Positions 19,333-31,572 of a stretch of 64,000 bases of DNA are shown one piece after another. A model generated the notes under the pieces. The model was not told where the DNA came from. It worked only from the letters and a program-made list of their open reading frames with translations, and did not search any database. The translations under genes were made by a program, and so were the position numbers. Positions within the stretch are counted from its first letter, which is position 1. Each line of letters begins with the position of its first letter. Source of the stretch: an uncultured Gammaproteobacteria bacterium (GTDB taxonomy: Bacteria; Pseudomonadota; Gammaproteobacteria; Arenicellales; Arenicellaceae); contig CAZWHW010000003.1 in assembly GCA_964633815.1 (NCBI GenBank), positions 6,518-70,517 of the forward strand, read 5' to 3'.

Positions 19333-20709
19333 CTGGAGATCACACAACAATTTTTAGATGAGTTTATCGCCTTAAGCGCCGAATACTCTTTTGAGGATTC
19401 GGCGTTTTTTGTTGCCTATAGTGGCGGTGTTGATTCTGCGGTGTTGCTGCATTTATTGGCGGAGTTTGCTAAAAAGCAATTTCCCATGCGAGTTATTGTG
19501 TTGCATTTTGATCATGCTTTGCAGATCGACTCTGCCAAATGGCGAGCTTTTTGTGAAACAGTATCTGCGCAATATGGCATTGAATTCCATAGTTCAAGTA
19601 AAGGAGTAGATATAGATAAATCAATTGGTTTGGAGGCGTCTGCTAGCCGGTCTCGTTATCAATGGTTTGCTGAAAGCATCGAAGCAATTTGTTCGGATAA
19701 GAAGTTTAAAAATGGTATCTTATTAACTGCTCACCATGGTGATGATCAAGCTGAAACAGTGTTGATGAATATGTTACGTGGCACTGGTTTGAAAGGTTTA
19801 CGAGGTATTGCCGAGAAAAAAATACTGATTGAAAAAAATAATTATCGGCAAATCATATTGCGGCCATTATTGAATTTTTCAAAGCAAGAATTGTTAGAGT
19901 ATGCTAAATCTGAGCGTTTACAATGGATTGATGATCCTAGCAATCAGGATCATCGTTTTAGACGCAATGATCTTCGTCATAATGTCCTGCCTGAGTTGAA
20001 ACGTATTCGACCTGACGCTATTCAACAAGTGATAAAACTCAGTAGGCGGGCTGCTGATGCACAAATTCTACTGACAGAGCTTGCAATTAATGATCTAGCC
20101 ATTACACAGCAATTTGAATATTGCCCATTGGATAGCTCCTTCGGTCTAGGGTTGGCCGGTTTGCGTGGCTTTAGTGTTTCAAGACAGTTAAATGCAATCC
20201 GCTGTTGGTTGAGCTTGGTTGGCTTTCCTGCAGAATCTGAAATGGATTTGTTAAAGGTGCTAGATTGGTCTTTTAATGGCTCTACTTCAGGTGCAGAGCT
20301 TCGCCGAGGGCAGCGCTATTACCGATATTTCCAAGATACCTTATATGTCATGCCTGTTGAACATGATGCTCAGTTATTAGTGTTGCAAAAGCTGTTTTGG
20401 CCGGATTCGGCAAAACCATTACCTGTGGTTCAGGATGACGAGAAAAATTCAGTGTTTAATTTACATTGTTCTCAAGAGAGTAAATTTTTTGGTAAACCGC
20501 TAATCATTTCAACTGTAAAAGATATTGAGGGGGTATGTTTGTCTAAGGGTGATGGTCATATTCAAGCGAAAAAATGTTTCCAAGCGGCTAAAGTCCCCCC
20601 GTGGCGACGTTCAAAAACCCTATTTGTTATTTCTGAAGACAATCGTTTCATAGAATTAGTTGGTGGTCAGCTACAGCGAGATTTGACATTGCAGTCAGTG
20701 CTAAAATAA
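19333..20709 (+). CDS. tilS: tRNA(Ile)-lysidine synthetase
   Basis: The track ORF starts at GTG 19441, but the PP-loop 'YSGGVDS' (19417-19437) is encoded upstream of it in the same frame, which is open from the stop at 19309. I prefer CTG 19333, which has a GAGGA Shine-Dalgarno at 19322-19326. The downstream block 'LLTAHHGDDQAETVLMNMLRG' is typical of TilS. Confidence 0.75.
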   Translation: MEITQQFLDEFIALSAEYSFEDSAFFVAYSGGVDSAVLLHLLAEFAKKQFPMRVIVLHFDHALQIDSAKWRAFCETVSAQYGIEFHSSSKGVDIDKSIGLEASASRSRYQWFAESIEAICSDKKFKNGILLTAHHGDDQAETVLMNMLRGTGLKGLRGIAEKKILIEKNNYRQIILRPLLNFSKQELLEYAKSERLQWIDDPSNQDHRFRRNDLRHNVLPELKRIRPDAIQQVIKLSRRAADAQILLTELAINDLAITQQFEYCPLDSSFGLGLAGLRGFSVSRQLNAIRCWLSLVGFPAESEMDLLKVLDWSFNGSTSGAELRRGQRYYRYFQDTLYVMPVEHDAQLLVLQKLFWPDSAKPLPVVQDDEKNSVFNLHCSQESKFFGKPLIISTVKDIEGVCLSKGDGHIQAKKCFQAAKVPPWRRSKTLFVISEDNRFIELVGGQLQRDLTLQSVLK

Positions 20710-20875
20710 GGTCAATTATTTTCTAAAACTTAACGGTATTGCTGCGCGAAACGCGTTGTCGTAAAAACTCTATTCTGTTAAGCTACGATACCGTCTGATT
20801 CATAAGTTTTCACCCTATTAAAACACCTATCGCTGTCATTTTTCAGGGTAGTTAAGCTATATTTATTGATGATGA

Positions 20876-22537
<1,662 letters not shown>

Positions 22538-22576
22538 GCACTTATTTATACAGGTTAATAAACTAGAGATTAATGT

Positions 22577-23392
22577 ATGGAATTATGCGGTAAAAAAATT
22601 GGTGTAGATCAGCCGTTTTTCTTAATTGCAGGACCTTGTGTGATTGAGTCACGTGAATTTGCATTAGAAACAGCCAAACGAATCAAGGATATAGCCGATC
22701 AGGTTGGCATTCATGTAATCTATAAGTCTTCGTTCGATAAAGCTAACCGTACATCTTTTTCTTCTTTTCGTGGGCCGCAAATTGATGAAGGCTTAGATAT
22801 TCTTGCAGAGGTTCGTGAGATCACTGGCTTGCCAGTTCTGACTGATGTGCATGCTCCTGAGCAAGTTGAAAAAGTGGCTGCAATTGTTGATGTGCTGCAA
22901 ACCCCGGCATTTTTATGTCGACAAACTGACTTAATGCAAGCTGTGGGTGCTTGCGGTAAGCCCGTGAATATCAAAAAGGGGCAATTTTTGTCCCCGCCTG
23001 AAATGAAAAATGTTGCTGAAAAAGCCATTGATGCGGGTGGTGCTGGCAATGTCATGGTATGTGAACGAGGCGCAAGTTTTGGTTATAATAATTTAGTTGT
23101 TGATATGCGTTCTTTGGTGCAAATGCGGGATACTAATTGTCCGGTTGTGTTTGATGCCACGCATTCTGTACAATTACCTGGTGGTCAAGGTACAAAATCT
23201 GGCGGTCAAAGCGAGTTTGTACCGACATTGGCCAGTGCCGCGGTTGCTGTTGGTGTGTCAGGTCTTTTTATGGAGACTCACCCTGATCCAGCCAATGCTA
23301 AAAGCGATGGGCCGAATGCTGTCCCTATGAATGAGTTAGCAGGCTTGTTAACTAAGTTAAAGCAATTAGATGCTGTAGCTAAAAATTTATAA
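22577..23392 (+). CDS. kdsA: 3-deoxy-8-phosphooctulonate synthase
   Basis: 271 aa. '[17 protein letters not shown]', '[12 protein letters not shown]', '[19 protein letters not shown]' and 'VFDATHSVQ' match KdsA. Confidence 0.92.
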   Translation: MELCGKKIGVDQPFFLIAGPCVIESREFALETAKRIKDIADQVGIHVIYKSSFDKANRTSFSSFRGPQIDEGLDILAEVREITGLPVLTDVHAPEQVEKVAAIVDVLQTPAFLCRQTDLMQAVGACGKPVNIKKGQFLSPPEMKNVAEKAIDAGGAGNVMVCERGASFGYNNLVVDMRSLVQMRDTNCPVVFDATHSVQLPGGQGTKSGGQSEFVPTLASAAVAVGVSGLFMETHPDPANAKSDGPNAVPMNELAGLLTKLKQLDAVAKNL

Positions 23393-23423
23393 AGAATAAA
23401 CATCTGGTACCAATTTCATCTAA

Positions 23424-24734
<1,311 letters not shown>

Positions 24735-24767
24735 TTCAATTGTTTAAGTTTTTCTAAACTCAACAAA

Positions 24768-25364
24768 ATGGAACGTTTTACAGAACGCGCATACGGCTTG
24801 GCTGGTATGTTTCAAGCCGCAACGCTTGTGCAGCAAGTTGCTCGCACTGGTGAGGCGGAGCGTTTTGCTAAAAATGCTTCGATTAATTCAGTCTTGATTT
24901 TGGATGCGGTGAATGCATTAGCGGTTTTTTCCGATTCTCAGGGTATTAAGCTAGGGCTTCAGCAAATGCAATTAGTATTTGATGGTGCACGCAGCCCTGA
25001 AACCATTGAAGTATTTCAATATGTTGCGGGTTTGTCACAATTAAGTATGAATTTGCAAAAAGATCAAGAACGTATGACTGGTTTTTCTAGGCATGTAGAG
25101 ACGTTATCTGGTTTTGCTGGCGATCAATTGATTGAAACAATGGCAGGGGTGTATTCAAAGTATATTTCTGACCTTCAGCCGCGTATTTTGGTCAATGGTG
25201 AACAAGGCTTTCTTGCTCAAGATGAAATTGCTCAACAAGTACGGGCATTTTTATTAGCAGGCATTCGAGCAACTTTTTTGTGGCAACAAAAAGGTGGAAG
25301 TCGATGGGATTTCATGTTGAAACGTAAAAAATATGTGCAAGAAGCGCAACACTTACTTCAGTAA
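24768..25364 (+). CDS. hflD: high frequency of lysogenization protein HflD homologue
   Basis: 198 aa. 'AYGLAGMFQAATLVQQVARTG' and 'VRAFLLAGIRATFLWQQKGG' parallel E. coli HflD ('LALAGICQSARLVQQLAHQG', 'LLAGIRAAVLWHQVGG'). Confidence 0.8.
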   Translation: MERFTERAYGLAGMFQAATLVQQVARTGEAERFAKNASINSVLILDAVNALAVFSDSQGIKLGLQQMQLVFDGARSPETIEVFQYVAGLSQLSMNLQKDQERMTGFSRHVETLSGFAGDQLIETMAGVYSKYISDLQPRILVNGEQGFLAQDEIAQQVRAFLLAGIRATFLWQQKGGSRWDFMLKRKKYVQEAQHLLQ

Positions 25365-25416
25365 AAAAACAGTTTCCAGTTATTTAATTTTTATAAAATA
25401 GTAGTTAAGATCCAAT

Positions 25417-27840
25417 ATGAATAAAACGGCATTGGGAGTATTTTTTATTGCTTTAGCATCATTATTGCTAGAGCTAGTCTTGATTCGAGTATTTGACGTA
25501 CTTTGGTACCCAAATATGGCCTATATGGTCATTACACTCGCTGTTTTTTCTTTCGGTTTAGCAGGAGTTTATTTATCAATTTTTCCGCTTGATAAGAATG
25601 AAAGAAGCTGGCGTTGGTTGACTACAGCGTCAATATTAATGGCTGTTTCAGCTTTGCTATTGATCCCGGTGCTCAATCGTTTTCATTTTGATTATGAGCA
25701 GTTGGCAGACCCTGAAAGTGTTTTCAAAATGGGTCGTAATTTTTTCATCATCTATGGTTTTATCAGTATTCCCTTCTTTCTAACAGGTTTTGTGTTGTCG
25801 ACTGTTTTTATGCATTATGCCAGTCAAATTCGAAAATTATATTTTTGGGATTTATTAGGTGCTGCATTAGGTTGCGTATTGTTGATTCCATTGTTGCCCA
25901 AGCTAGGAACTATAGGAATTATTGTGATGGCTGCAGCTTTAGCATTATTAGCGGCCGTTTTCCTTAGTAAGAATAAAGGTTTCTCTGGATCTACGCTAGT
26001 TATCGCTGTTGTTGTAGCTATTGTGCCTTTTATATGGGGTGACATCAAAACCTTTGATCCGCATATGAATAAACGCGGATTTATTTATCTAAACACTGCT
26101 GATAATGGTACAAGGAATGAAGGTACTTGGTGGGATCCTATTTCTAAAGTGGATGTTTTGGACTATGAAGGTCTGGACGGTAAAGCATACACATTTAAAT
26201 GGATTGCCTATGATGGTGGAAGTCAAACCAGTTATTTTTATCGCTTTGATGGTGACTATGCCAAATTAAGGCAAGAGCTTCCGGAAAATGCCATTAATCA
26301 TTTCTGGGATAGATATTTAGCAGTTTCTCATTATTTCAAAGCTGATAATGATTCTGAAGTATTAGTTATTGGAAGTGCTGGTGGACAAGAAATTAAAGCT
26401 GCTTTGACCTATAACGCAAAGCATGTTGACGCCGTGGAATTAGTGGGAAAAGTCGTTGAATTAGGCAAGTCTACTTATGATGAATATATTGGTGGTGTTA
26501 TGAACCATCCCAATGTAGATGCACGTAAGGGTGAAGGGCGAAGCTTTATGCGTTCAACGGATAAGTTATATGACATTATTCAAATTAATAGTAATCACAC
26601 ATCATCCAGTATTGCCGCAGGTAGTGGGGCAATGCAAGCAGCATATTTGCAAACTGTTGAAGCTTATGAAGAATATTTCGCGCATCTGAATTCAGATGGC
26701 GTGTTGCATATTAATCATCATATTTATCCAAAAATGGTGCTGACGGCAGCTAAAGCTTGGAAGAAAATGGGTCGTGAAAATTTTCGTGAACATGTCTTGT
26801 TATTTGAAAAATCAGGACATCACGATAATTTGCCAACATTTCTGATTAAGATGACGCCATGGACTGAAGCTGAAGTAGCGAAAGTTCAAAGCTATATGAA
26901 TACGTTTAATTTTGTAGCAAACCCGTTTAATGAAAATCCAGAGTTTTTAACTGAGGCGTTTTATACGGGCAATGATTTGCCAAATGATGTGTTGGCAAAA
27001 ATTCCATATCGTATTGAAGCACCGACAGATAATAAGCCTTTCTTTAATTCGTTAAGAAATACATTTGCCACTTTGCCTACAGAAGATGCATCTGTGTTTG
27101 TTAATTCATCGGTTTCTGGTTTGTTGAATTCTCAGAAAGACAAAGGTTTTCCTGTTGATGTAATCCATTTGATCGTTACGGGTGCTAGTGCATTAATTTT
27201 TGCCTTATTGTTTACAATTATTCCTTTATTATTTGCTAAAACAGGCAAAGAAAAGTGGCAAGGTAAAGGTAATTTCTTGGTGTATTTTTCTTGTCTTGGT
27301 TTAGGTTTTATCGTCTTTGAGTTAGTTTTTATCCAGATTTTCATGAAACTTATCGGTTATCCATTGTATGCCTATACGACGGTGCTTTTCACATTCTTGT
27401 TTGGTGCAGGTGTTGGTAGTAATTTTTCAGAACGTTTGAAATTGATCGAGAAAGGCCGCATTTGGCTGCCGTATGTAGGGATTGCAGTTACCACACTTCT
27501 ATTAATTGTTTATCAGCAAGTATTGTTTGATTTGTTCTTGCAGTTCGATATCGCAATCAGAATTTTGATTTCTATTATGATGATTTTTCCGTTGGCATTC
27601 TTTTTAGGCATGCCATTCCCGCTTGGTGTGTTAGCAATTCAACATAAGCCAGCAGGAACTGTTGCTTGGGCTTGGGCATTTAATGGTCTGTTTACAGTTG
27701 CTGGAGGGATCTTTGCAGCAATCTTTTCGGTCTATTTTGGCTTCCAAGCAACCATGTTAGTTGCTTTATCTGCCTATGTTTTAGCGTATTTTATGTACAG
27801 GAAACTATTTGCTTTGTACCAACAAGATATCCAACAATAA
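25417..27840 (+). CDS. fused polytopic membrane / spermidine-synthase-like (SAM-fold) protein
   Basis: 807 aa. About 7 N-terminal TM helices are followed by a central soluble region of about 370 aa with the Rossmann-like 'VLVIGSAGGQEIKAAL', then about 7 C-terminal TM helices. Confidence 0.6.
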   Translation: MNKTALGVFFIALASLLLELVLIRVFDVLWYPNMAYMVITLAVFSFGLAGVYLSIFPLDKNERSWRWLTTASILMAVSALLLIPVLNRFHFDYEQLADPESVFKMGRNFFIIYGFISIPFFLTGFVLSTVFMHYASQIRKLYFWDLLGAALGCVLLIPLLPKLGTIGIIVMAAALALLAAVFLSKNKGFSGSTLVIAVVVAIVPFIWGDIKTFDPHMNKRGFIYLNTADNGTRNEGTWWDPISKVDVLDYEGLDGKAYTFKWIAYDGGSQTSYFYRFDGDYAKLRQELPENAINHFWDRYLAVSHYFKADNDSEVLVIGSAGGQEIKAALTYNAKHVDAVELVGKVVELGKSTYDEYIGGVMNHPNVDARKGEGRSFMRSTDKLYDIIQINSNHTSSSIAAGSGAMQAAYLQTVEAYEEYFAHLNSDGVLHINHHIYPKMVLTAAKAWKKMGRENFREHVLLFEKSGHHDNLPTFLIKMTPWTEAEVAKVQSYMNTFNFVANPFNENPEFLTEAFYTGNDLPNDVLAKIPYRIEAPTDNKPFFNSLRNTFATLPTEDASVFVNSSVSGLLNSQKDKGFPVDVIHLIVTGASALIFALLFTIIPLLFAKTGKEKWQGKGNFLVYFSCLGLGFIVFELVFIQIFMKLIGYPLYAYTTVLFTFLFGAGVGSNFSERLKLIEKGRIWLPYVGIAVTTLLLIVYQQVLFDLFLQFDIAIRILISIMMIFPLAFFLGMPFPLGVLAIQHKPAGTVAWAWAFNGLFTVAGGIFAAIFSVYFGFQATMLVALSAYVLAYFMYRKLFALYQQDIQQ

Positions 27841-27938
27841 TTGAGAATTATAAAGGGAATTTTTTTATAAGAATTTTTGATATTGAGTGATTCACTGAGT
27901 TTTAACTGTATTGTTTTCTTGAAAATTTTTGTATTGAA

Positions 27939-27980
27939 AATACTGCACTGTACTTGAAGTTATAAGTACAGTGCAGTATT
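27939..27980. repeat. perfect 17-bp inverted repeat with an 8-nt spacer, 81 nt upstream of aapJ
   Basis: AATACTGCACTGTACTT (27939-27955), spacer gaagttat, then AAGTACAGTGCAGTATT (27964-27980). No T-tract follows on the plus strand. Confidence 0.8.
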
Positions 27981-28060
27981 GTCAAAGGCGTAGGAGGAAA
28001 CAAATATTTATTTCAGAGTTCTCGACTCTGAGGTATCCAATCAACTCTCTGGAGTATCTT

Positions 28061-29083
28061 ATGAAAATGATAAAAAAAATCTCTTTATTAACTATTGGTG
28101 TGGCAGGTGCAGCCCTCAGTATGACAGCTCAAGCTGCTACGCTTGATGATGTCAAAGCAAGAGGAGTGCTTTCTTGTGGTGTAAGCACAGGCTTAGCTGG
28201 CTTCTCTCAAAAAGATGAAAAAGGTGCATGGAGTGGTTTAGATGTTGATATTTGTCGCGCAGTTGCAGCAGCTGTATTGGGCGATGCTGGCAAAGTTCAA
28301 TATAAACCATTGACTGCGAAAGAGCGTTTTACTGCTTTGCAATCGGGTGAAATTGATATGTTGTCTCGTAACACAACTTGGACGCATACCCGTGATACTT
28401 CATTGGGTCTGAATTTTGCGGGCACTATTTATTATGATGGCACTAGCTTTATGGTGAGCAAAAAGTTAGGTGTTAGCAGTGCAAAACAATTAGATGGCGC
28501 AAATGCTTGTATTCAAGCAGGTACATCAACTGAATTAGCAATCGCTGATTATTTCCGAGAAAATAATATTTCATATAAGCCCGTCACATTTGATACATCT
28601 GATCAAACGCGTGCGGGTTTTGAATCAGGTCGTTGTGACTTTTTAACATCTGATGGTTCGCAATTAGCGGCACTTCGAATTGGTTTGAAAGACCCAGCTG
28701 GTGCAGTAATTTTGCCTGAAGTTATTTCTAAAGAGCCACTAGGTCCAGTTGTTCGCCAAGGTGATGATCAATGGTTCAATATTGTTAAGTGGACAGTCAA
28801 TGCTTTGATTGAAGCAGAAGAGCAAGGCGTAACAGCAGCTAATGTTGATGACAAACTAGCTAATGGCAAACCAGCAAATAAGCGTCTTCTAGGTGGCGAA
28901 GGTGAATTAGGCAAGAACTTAGGCATAAGCGCTGACTGGGCTTATCAAGTGATCAAGCAAGTAGGCAACTATTCAGAATCATTTGAGCGTAATGTGGGTC
29001 AAGGTTCATCATTGAAGCTTGGACGTGGTGTGAACGCATTATGGAAAGATGGTGGGATATTATACTCACCAGCAATGCGCTAA
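28061..29083 (+). CDS. aapJ: general L-amino acid ABC transporter substrate-binding protein
   Basis: ATG at 28061 with a GGAG Shine-Dalgarno 6 nt upstream and signal peptide 'MKMIKKISLLTIGVAGAALSMTAQA'. 'ATLDDVKARGVLSCGVSTGLAGF...LTAKERFTALQSGEIDMLSRNTTW' is very close to rhizobial AapJ as recalled. The track ORF start at 27971 is an upstream extension. Confidence 0.85.
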   Translation: MKMIKKISLLTIGVAGAALSMTAQAATLDDVKARGVLSCGVSTGLAGFSQKDEKGAWSGLDVDICRAVAAAVLGDAGKVQYKPLTAKERFTALQSGEIDMLSRNTTWTHTRDTSLGLNFAGTIYYDGTSFMVSKKLGVSSAKQLDGANACIQAGTSTELAIADYFRENNISYKPVTFDTSDQTRAGFESGRCDFLTSDGSQLAALRIGLKDPAGAVILPEVISKEPLGPVVRQGDDQWFNIVKWTVNALIEAEEQGVTAANVDDKLANGKPANKRLLGGEGELGKNLGISADWAYQVIKQVGNYSESFERNVGQGSSLKLGRGVNALWKDGGILYSPAMR

Positions 29084-29100
29084 TTGAAATTGAACAAAAA

Positions 29101-29124
29101 GGGGCACAGTTTGTGCCCCTTTTT
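29101..29124 (+). terminator. intra-operon rho-independent terminator/attenuator after aapJ
   Basis: GGGGCACAgttTGTGCCCC gives an 8-bp GC-rich stem, followed by TTTTT and preceded by AAAAA. It lies 17 nt after the aapJ stop and before aapQ. Confidence 0.8.
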
Positions 29125-29180
29125 ATTGACTATAGAGGTTTGGACAAGGAAGTTTGAATCAAAGTTTAAAATAATCTGCC

Positions 29181-30407
29181 ATGTTTAAGCCAAAAACTAC
29201 AGAACAAATTAAAGCTGCAACTCGTGAAACTGCATCTGGTTCACATGCGTTCTATAACAATCCGAAATATCGTGGATGGATTTACCAAGCATTACTTGTT
29301 TTTGGTTTAGGCTATTTCTTTTTTACTATTATTACTAACACGCTAGGTAACTTAGAAGCTGCGGGTATTAAAAGTGGTTTCAGTTTTTTAGAAAATGCTG
29401 CGGGCTATGATGTACTCATGTCGCTTATCCCGTTTGAGTCTACTGACACGTATTTTAGAGTGTTTGTTGTCGGCTTTCTTAATACAATATTAGTTTCAGT
29501 TTTAGGCATCTTTTTCGCGACGATTTTAGGGTTTATTTTTGGTGTGATGTATTTCTCTAAAAACTTCCTTATTAAGCGTGCTTCTGTTATTTATGTTGAG
29601 ATTTTTCGTAATATTCCTCTATTATTACAAATATTCTTTTGGTATTTTGCCGTGCTTGCAACCTTGCCTGGGGTTCGAAACAGTCTGAGTTTAGGCGAAG
29701 CAGTATTCTTAAATGTTCGTGGTTTATTTTTTCCTAAGTTAATTGGAGGTAGTGGTTCTAGCTTGGTTTATGCTGCGATCGCGATAGCTTTAATTAGTGC
29801 GTATGTCATTAAGGTTTGGGCGAAAAAACGTCAAGATGAAACGGGTCAACAATTTCCGGTCATGTGGACTGCGTTAGGCCTCATTATTGGTTTGCCATTA
29901 TTTGCATCATTAATCTCTTCTCTATTTGTTGGTGCGCCTTTTAGCGTGGAATATCCAGAATTAAAAGGCTTTGGCTTTCGTGGTGGTATTACTGTTATTC
30001 CTGAACTAATGGCATTAGTTACCGCTTTATCGGTTTATACAGGTGCATTTATTGCTGAAGCAGTTAGGGCGGGCATTCAGTCTGTGCCAAAAGGTCAAAC
30101 TGAAGCTGCGCGCAGCGTTGGTTTGAAAGAAAGTAAGATTATGTCATTGATAATTGTGCCACAGGCTATGCGAGTAATCGTCCCTCTACTTAATTCGGAA
30201 TACCAAAGCTTAGTCAAAAATTCTACCTTGGCAGCAGCAATTGCTTATCCAGATTTATTTAATGTCTTTATTGGAACAGCGCTTAATCAAACTGGGCAAG
30301 CTATTGAAACAATTTTTATGGCCATCATCGTTTATTTTGTAGTGAATATGTTGATTTCATTTATCATGAACCGGTTCAATAGTAATGTTGAATTGGTAGG
30401 TCGATAG
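29181..30407 (+). CDS. aapQ: general L-amino acid ABC transporter permease
   Basis: 408 aa polytopic protein with a HisM/GlnP-type permease core and the EAA-like loop 'EAVRAGIQSVPKGQTEAARSVGL'. Confidence 0.8.
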   Translation: MFKPKTTEQIKAATRETASGSHAFYNNPKYRGWIYQALLVFGLGYFFFTIITNTLGNLEAAGIKSGFSFLENAAGYDVLMSLIPFESTDTYFRVFVVGFLNTILVSVLGIFFATILGFIFGVMYFSKNFLIKRASVIYVEIFRNIPLLLQIFFWYFAVLATLPGVRNSLSLGEAVFLNVRGLFFPKLIGGSGSSLVYAAIAIALISAYVIKVWAKKRQDETGQQFPVMWTALGLIIGLPLFASLISSLFVGAPFSVEYPELKGFGFRGGITVIPELMALVTALSVYTGAFIAEAVRAGIQSVPKGQTEAARSVGLKESKIMSLIIVPQAMRVIVPLLNSEYQSLVKNSTLAAAIAYPDLFNVFIGTALNQTGQAIETIFMAIIVYFVVNMLISFIMNRFNSNVELVGR

Positions 30408-30420
30408 GAGCTTAATTAGC

Positions 30421-31545
30421 ATGGCAAACTCATTTAAAACAAACCCTGTTACATTTGAACCAAAACCAGCGCAAGCAGCGCCAAGTTCTTCTGTTGGTTT
30501 TATTGCATGGTTACGAGAGAATTTATTTTCATCCATTCCTAGCACGCTTGTCACTATAGCGATAGTTGCCTTATTAGTTCGTGTAGTGCCAGGCATTATA
30601 AACTGGATGTTTATTTCAGCTGATTGGTCGGGCACAAGCCAAGCTGAATGTGTGTCAGGTGGCGCATGTTGGGTTTTTATTAACGCATGGGCGCAACAGT
30701 TTTTTTATGGAAGCTACCCTGATGGCCAACTTTGGCGTGTAAATTTATCGTTAATATTGCTGTTCGCGGTCATTATGATGTCTTTCACGCTACCGCAAAG
30801 GTATCGTCTACGAATTAGTATTCCATTGTTTCTAGTATTGCCATTTATTTGTATTGCAATTTTAGATGGCAGGTTGGTAGGGCTTGATTATGTAAATACT
30901 GATTTCTGGGGTGGTTTTTCACTAAATGTATTAATGGCTGCTGCTGCGATTATTGTGGCATTCCCATTTAGTTTCTTGTGGGCTTTAGGTAGGCGTTCTG
31001 ATATGCCACTAGCACGTTCTATTAGCGTTGTATTTATTGAGTTTTTTCGTGGCGTACCAGTATTGGCATTATTCTTTATGGGTTCGGTCATGTTGCCATT
31101 ATTCTTTGCAGAAGGCACCAATGTGGATAAATTGATTCGCGTATGGATTGTGCTGATTTTGTTTATGTCGGGTTATATGGCAGAAGTCTTTCGTGGCGGT
31201 TTTCAGGCTATTCCATCAGGGCAATATGAGGCAGCTGATTCGGTTGGTTTAAGCTATTGGCAAAAAACGTTATTAATTATTTTGCCTCAAGTTATTAAAG
31301 TCTCGATGCCGAACATTTTAGCAACATTCGTGATGCTGTTTAAGAATACAGTGTTCTTATTGATTATCGGTATCCCAGAGGTATTACAGCTACTACTCAC
31401 AGCATTAAGTAACTCCAATTGGTTAGGTGGTCATGCGATTGAAGGCTATGTTTTTATTGGATTAATTTTTTGGATATGCTGTTTCAGCATGTCATTGCTT
31501 TCGAACAAAATTGAACGTGATTTAGACACTGATAAACGTGACTAA
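30421..31545 (+). CDS. aapM: general L-amino acid ABC transporter permease
   Basis: 374 aa polytopic protein with the EAA-like loop 'EVFRGGFQAIPSGQYEAADSVGLSYWQ'. It is the second permease of the operon. Confidence 0.8.
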   Translation: MANSFKTNPVTFEPKPAQAAPSSSVGFIAWLRENLFSSIPSTLVTIAIVALLVRVVPGIINWMFISADWSGTSQAECVSGGACWVFINAWAQQFFYGSYPDGQLWRVNLSLILLFAVIMMSFTLPQRYRLRISIPLFLVLPFICIAILDGRLVGLDYVNTDFWGGFSLNVLMAAAAIIVAFPFSFLWALGRRSDMPLARSISVVFIEFFRGVPVLALFFMGSVMLPLFFAEGTNVDKLIRVWIVLILFMSGYMAEVFRGGFQAIPSGQYEAADSVGLSYWQKTLLIILPQVIKVSMPNILATFVMLFKNTVFLLIIGIPEVLQLLLTALSNSNWLGGHAIEGYVFIGLIFWICCFSMSLLSNKIERDLDTDKRD

Positions 31546-31572
31546 TACAAGTTTTTTTTAGGTAATAAAAAT

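Noticed and set aside
19391-19609. 72-aa TTG-initiated ORF overlapping the tilS 5' region in another frame.
   Set aside because: The tilS frame encodes the conserved PP-loop here. The alternate frame is Cys/Leu-rich with no support.
22720-23055. 111-aa ORF antisense to kdsA. Similar long antisense or alternate-frame ORFs occur at 34535-34864 (ccmI), 40281-40616 (ccmB), 41354-41662 (ccmA), 46764-47087 (nth), 47315-47611 (rnfB-like) and 58498-58854 (btuB).
   Set aside because: All are embedded in genes with clear conserved-family translations. A rough estimate gives several >=100-codon shadow ORFs by chance in 64 kb, and their compositions are typical of antisense frames.
27971-28060. N-terminal 30-codon extension of the aapJ ORF ('MQYCQRRRRKQIF...').
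   Set aside because: The GTG start lies inside the 17-bp palindrome. The ATG at 28061 has a GGAG Shine-Dalgarno and yields a canonical signal peptide.
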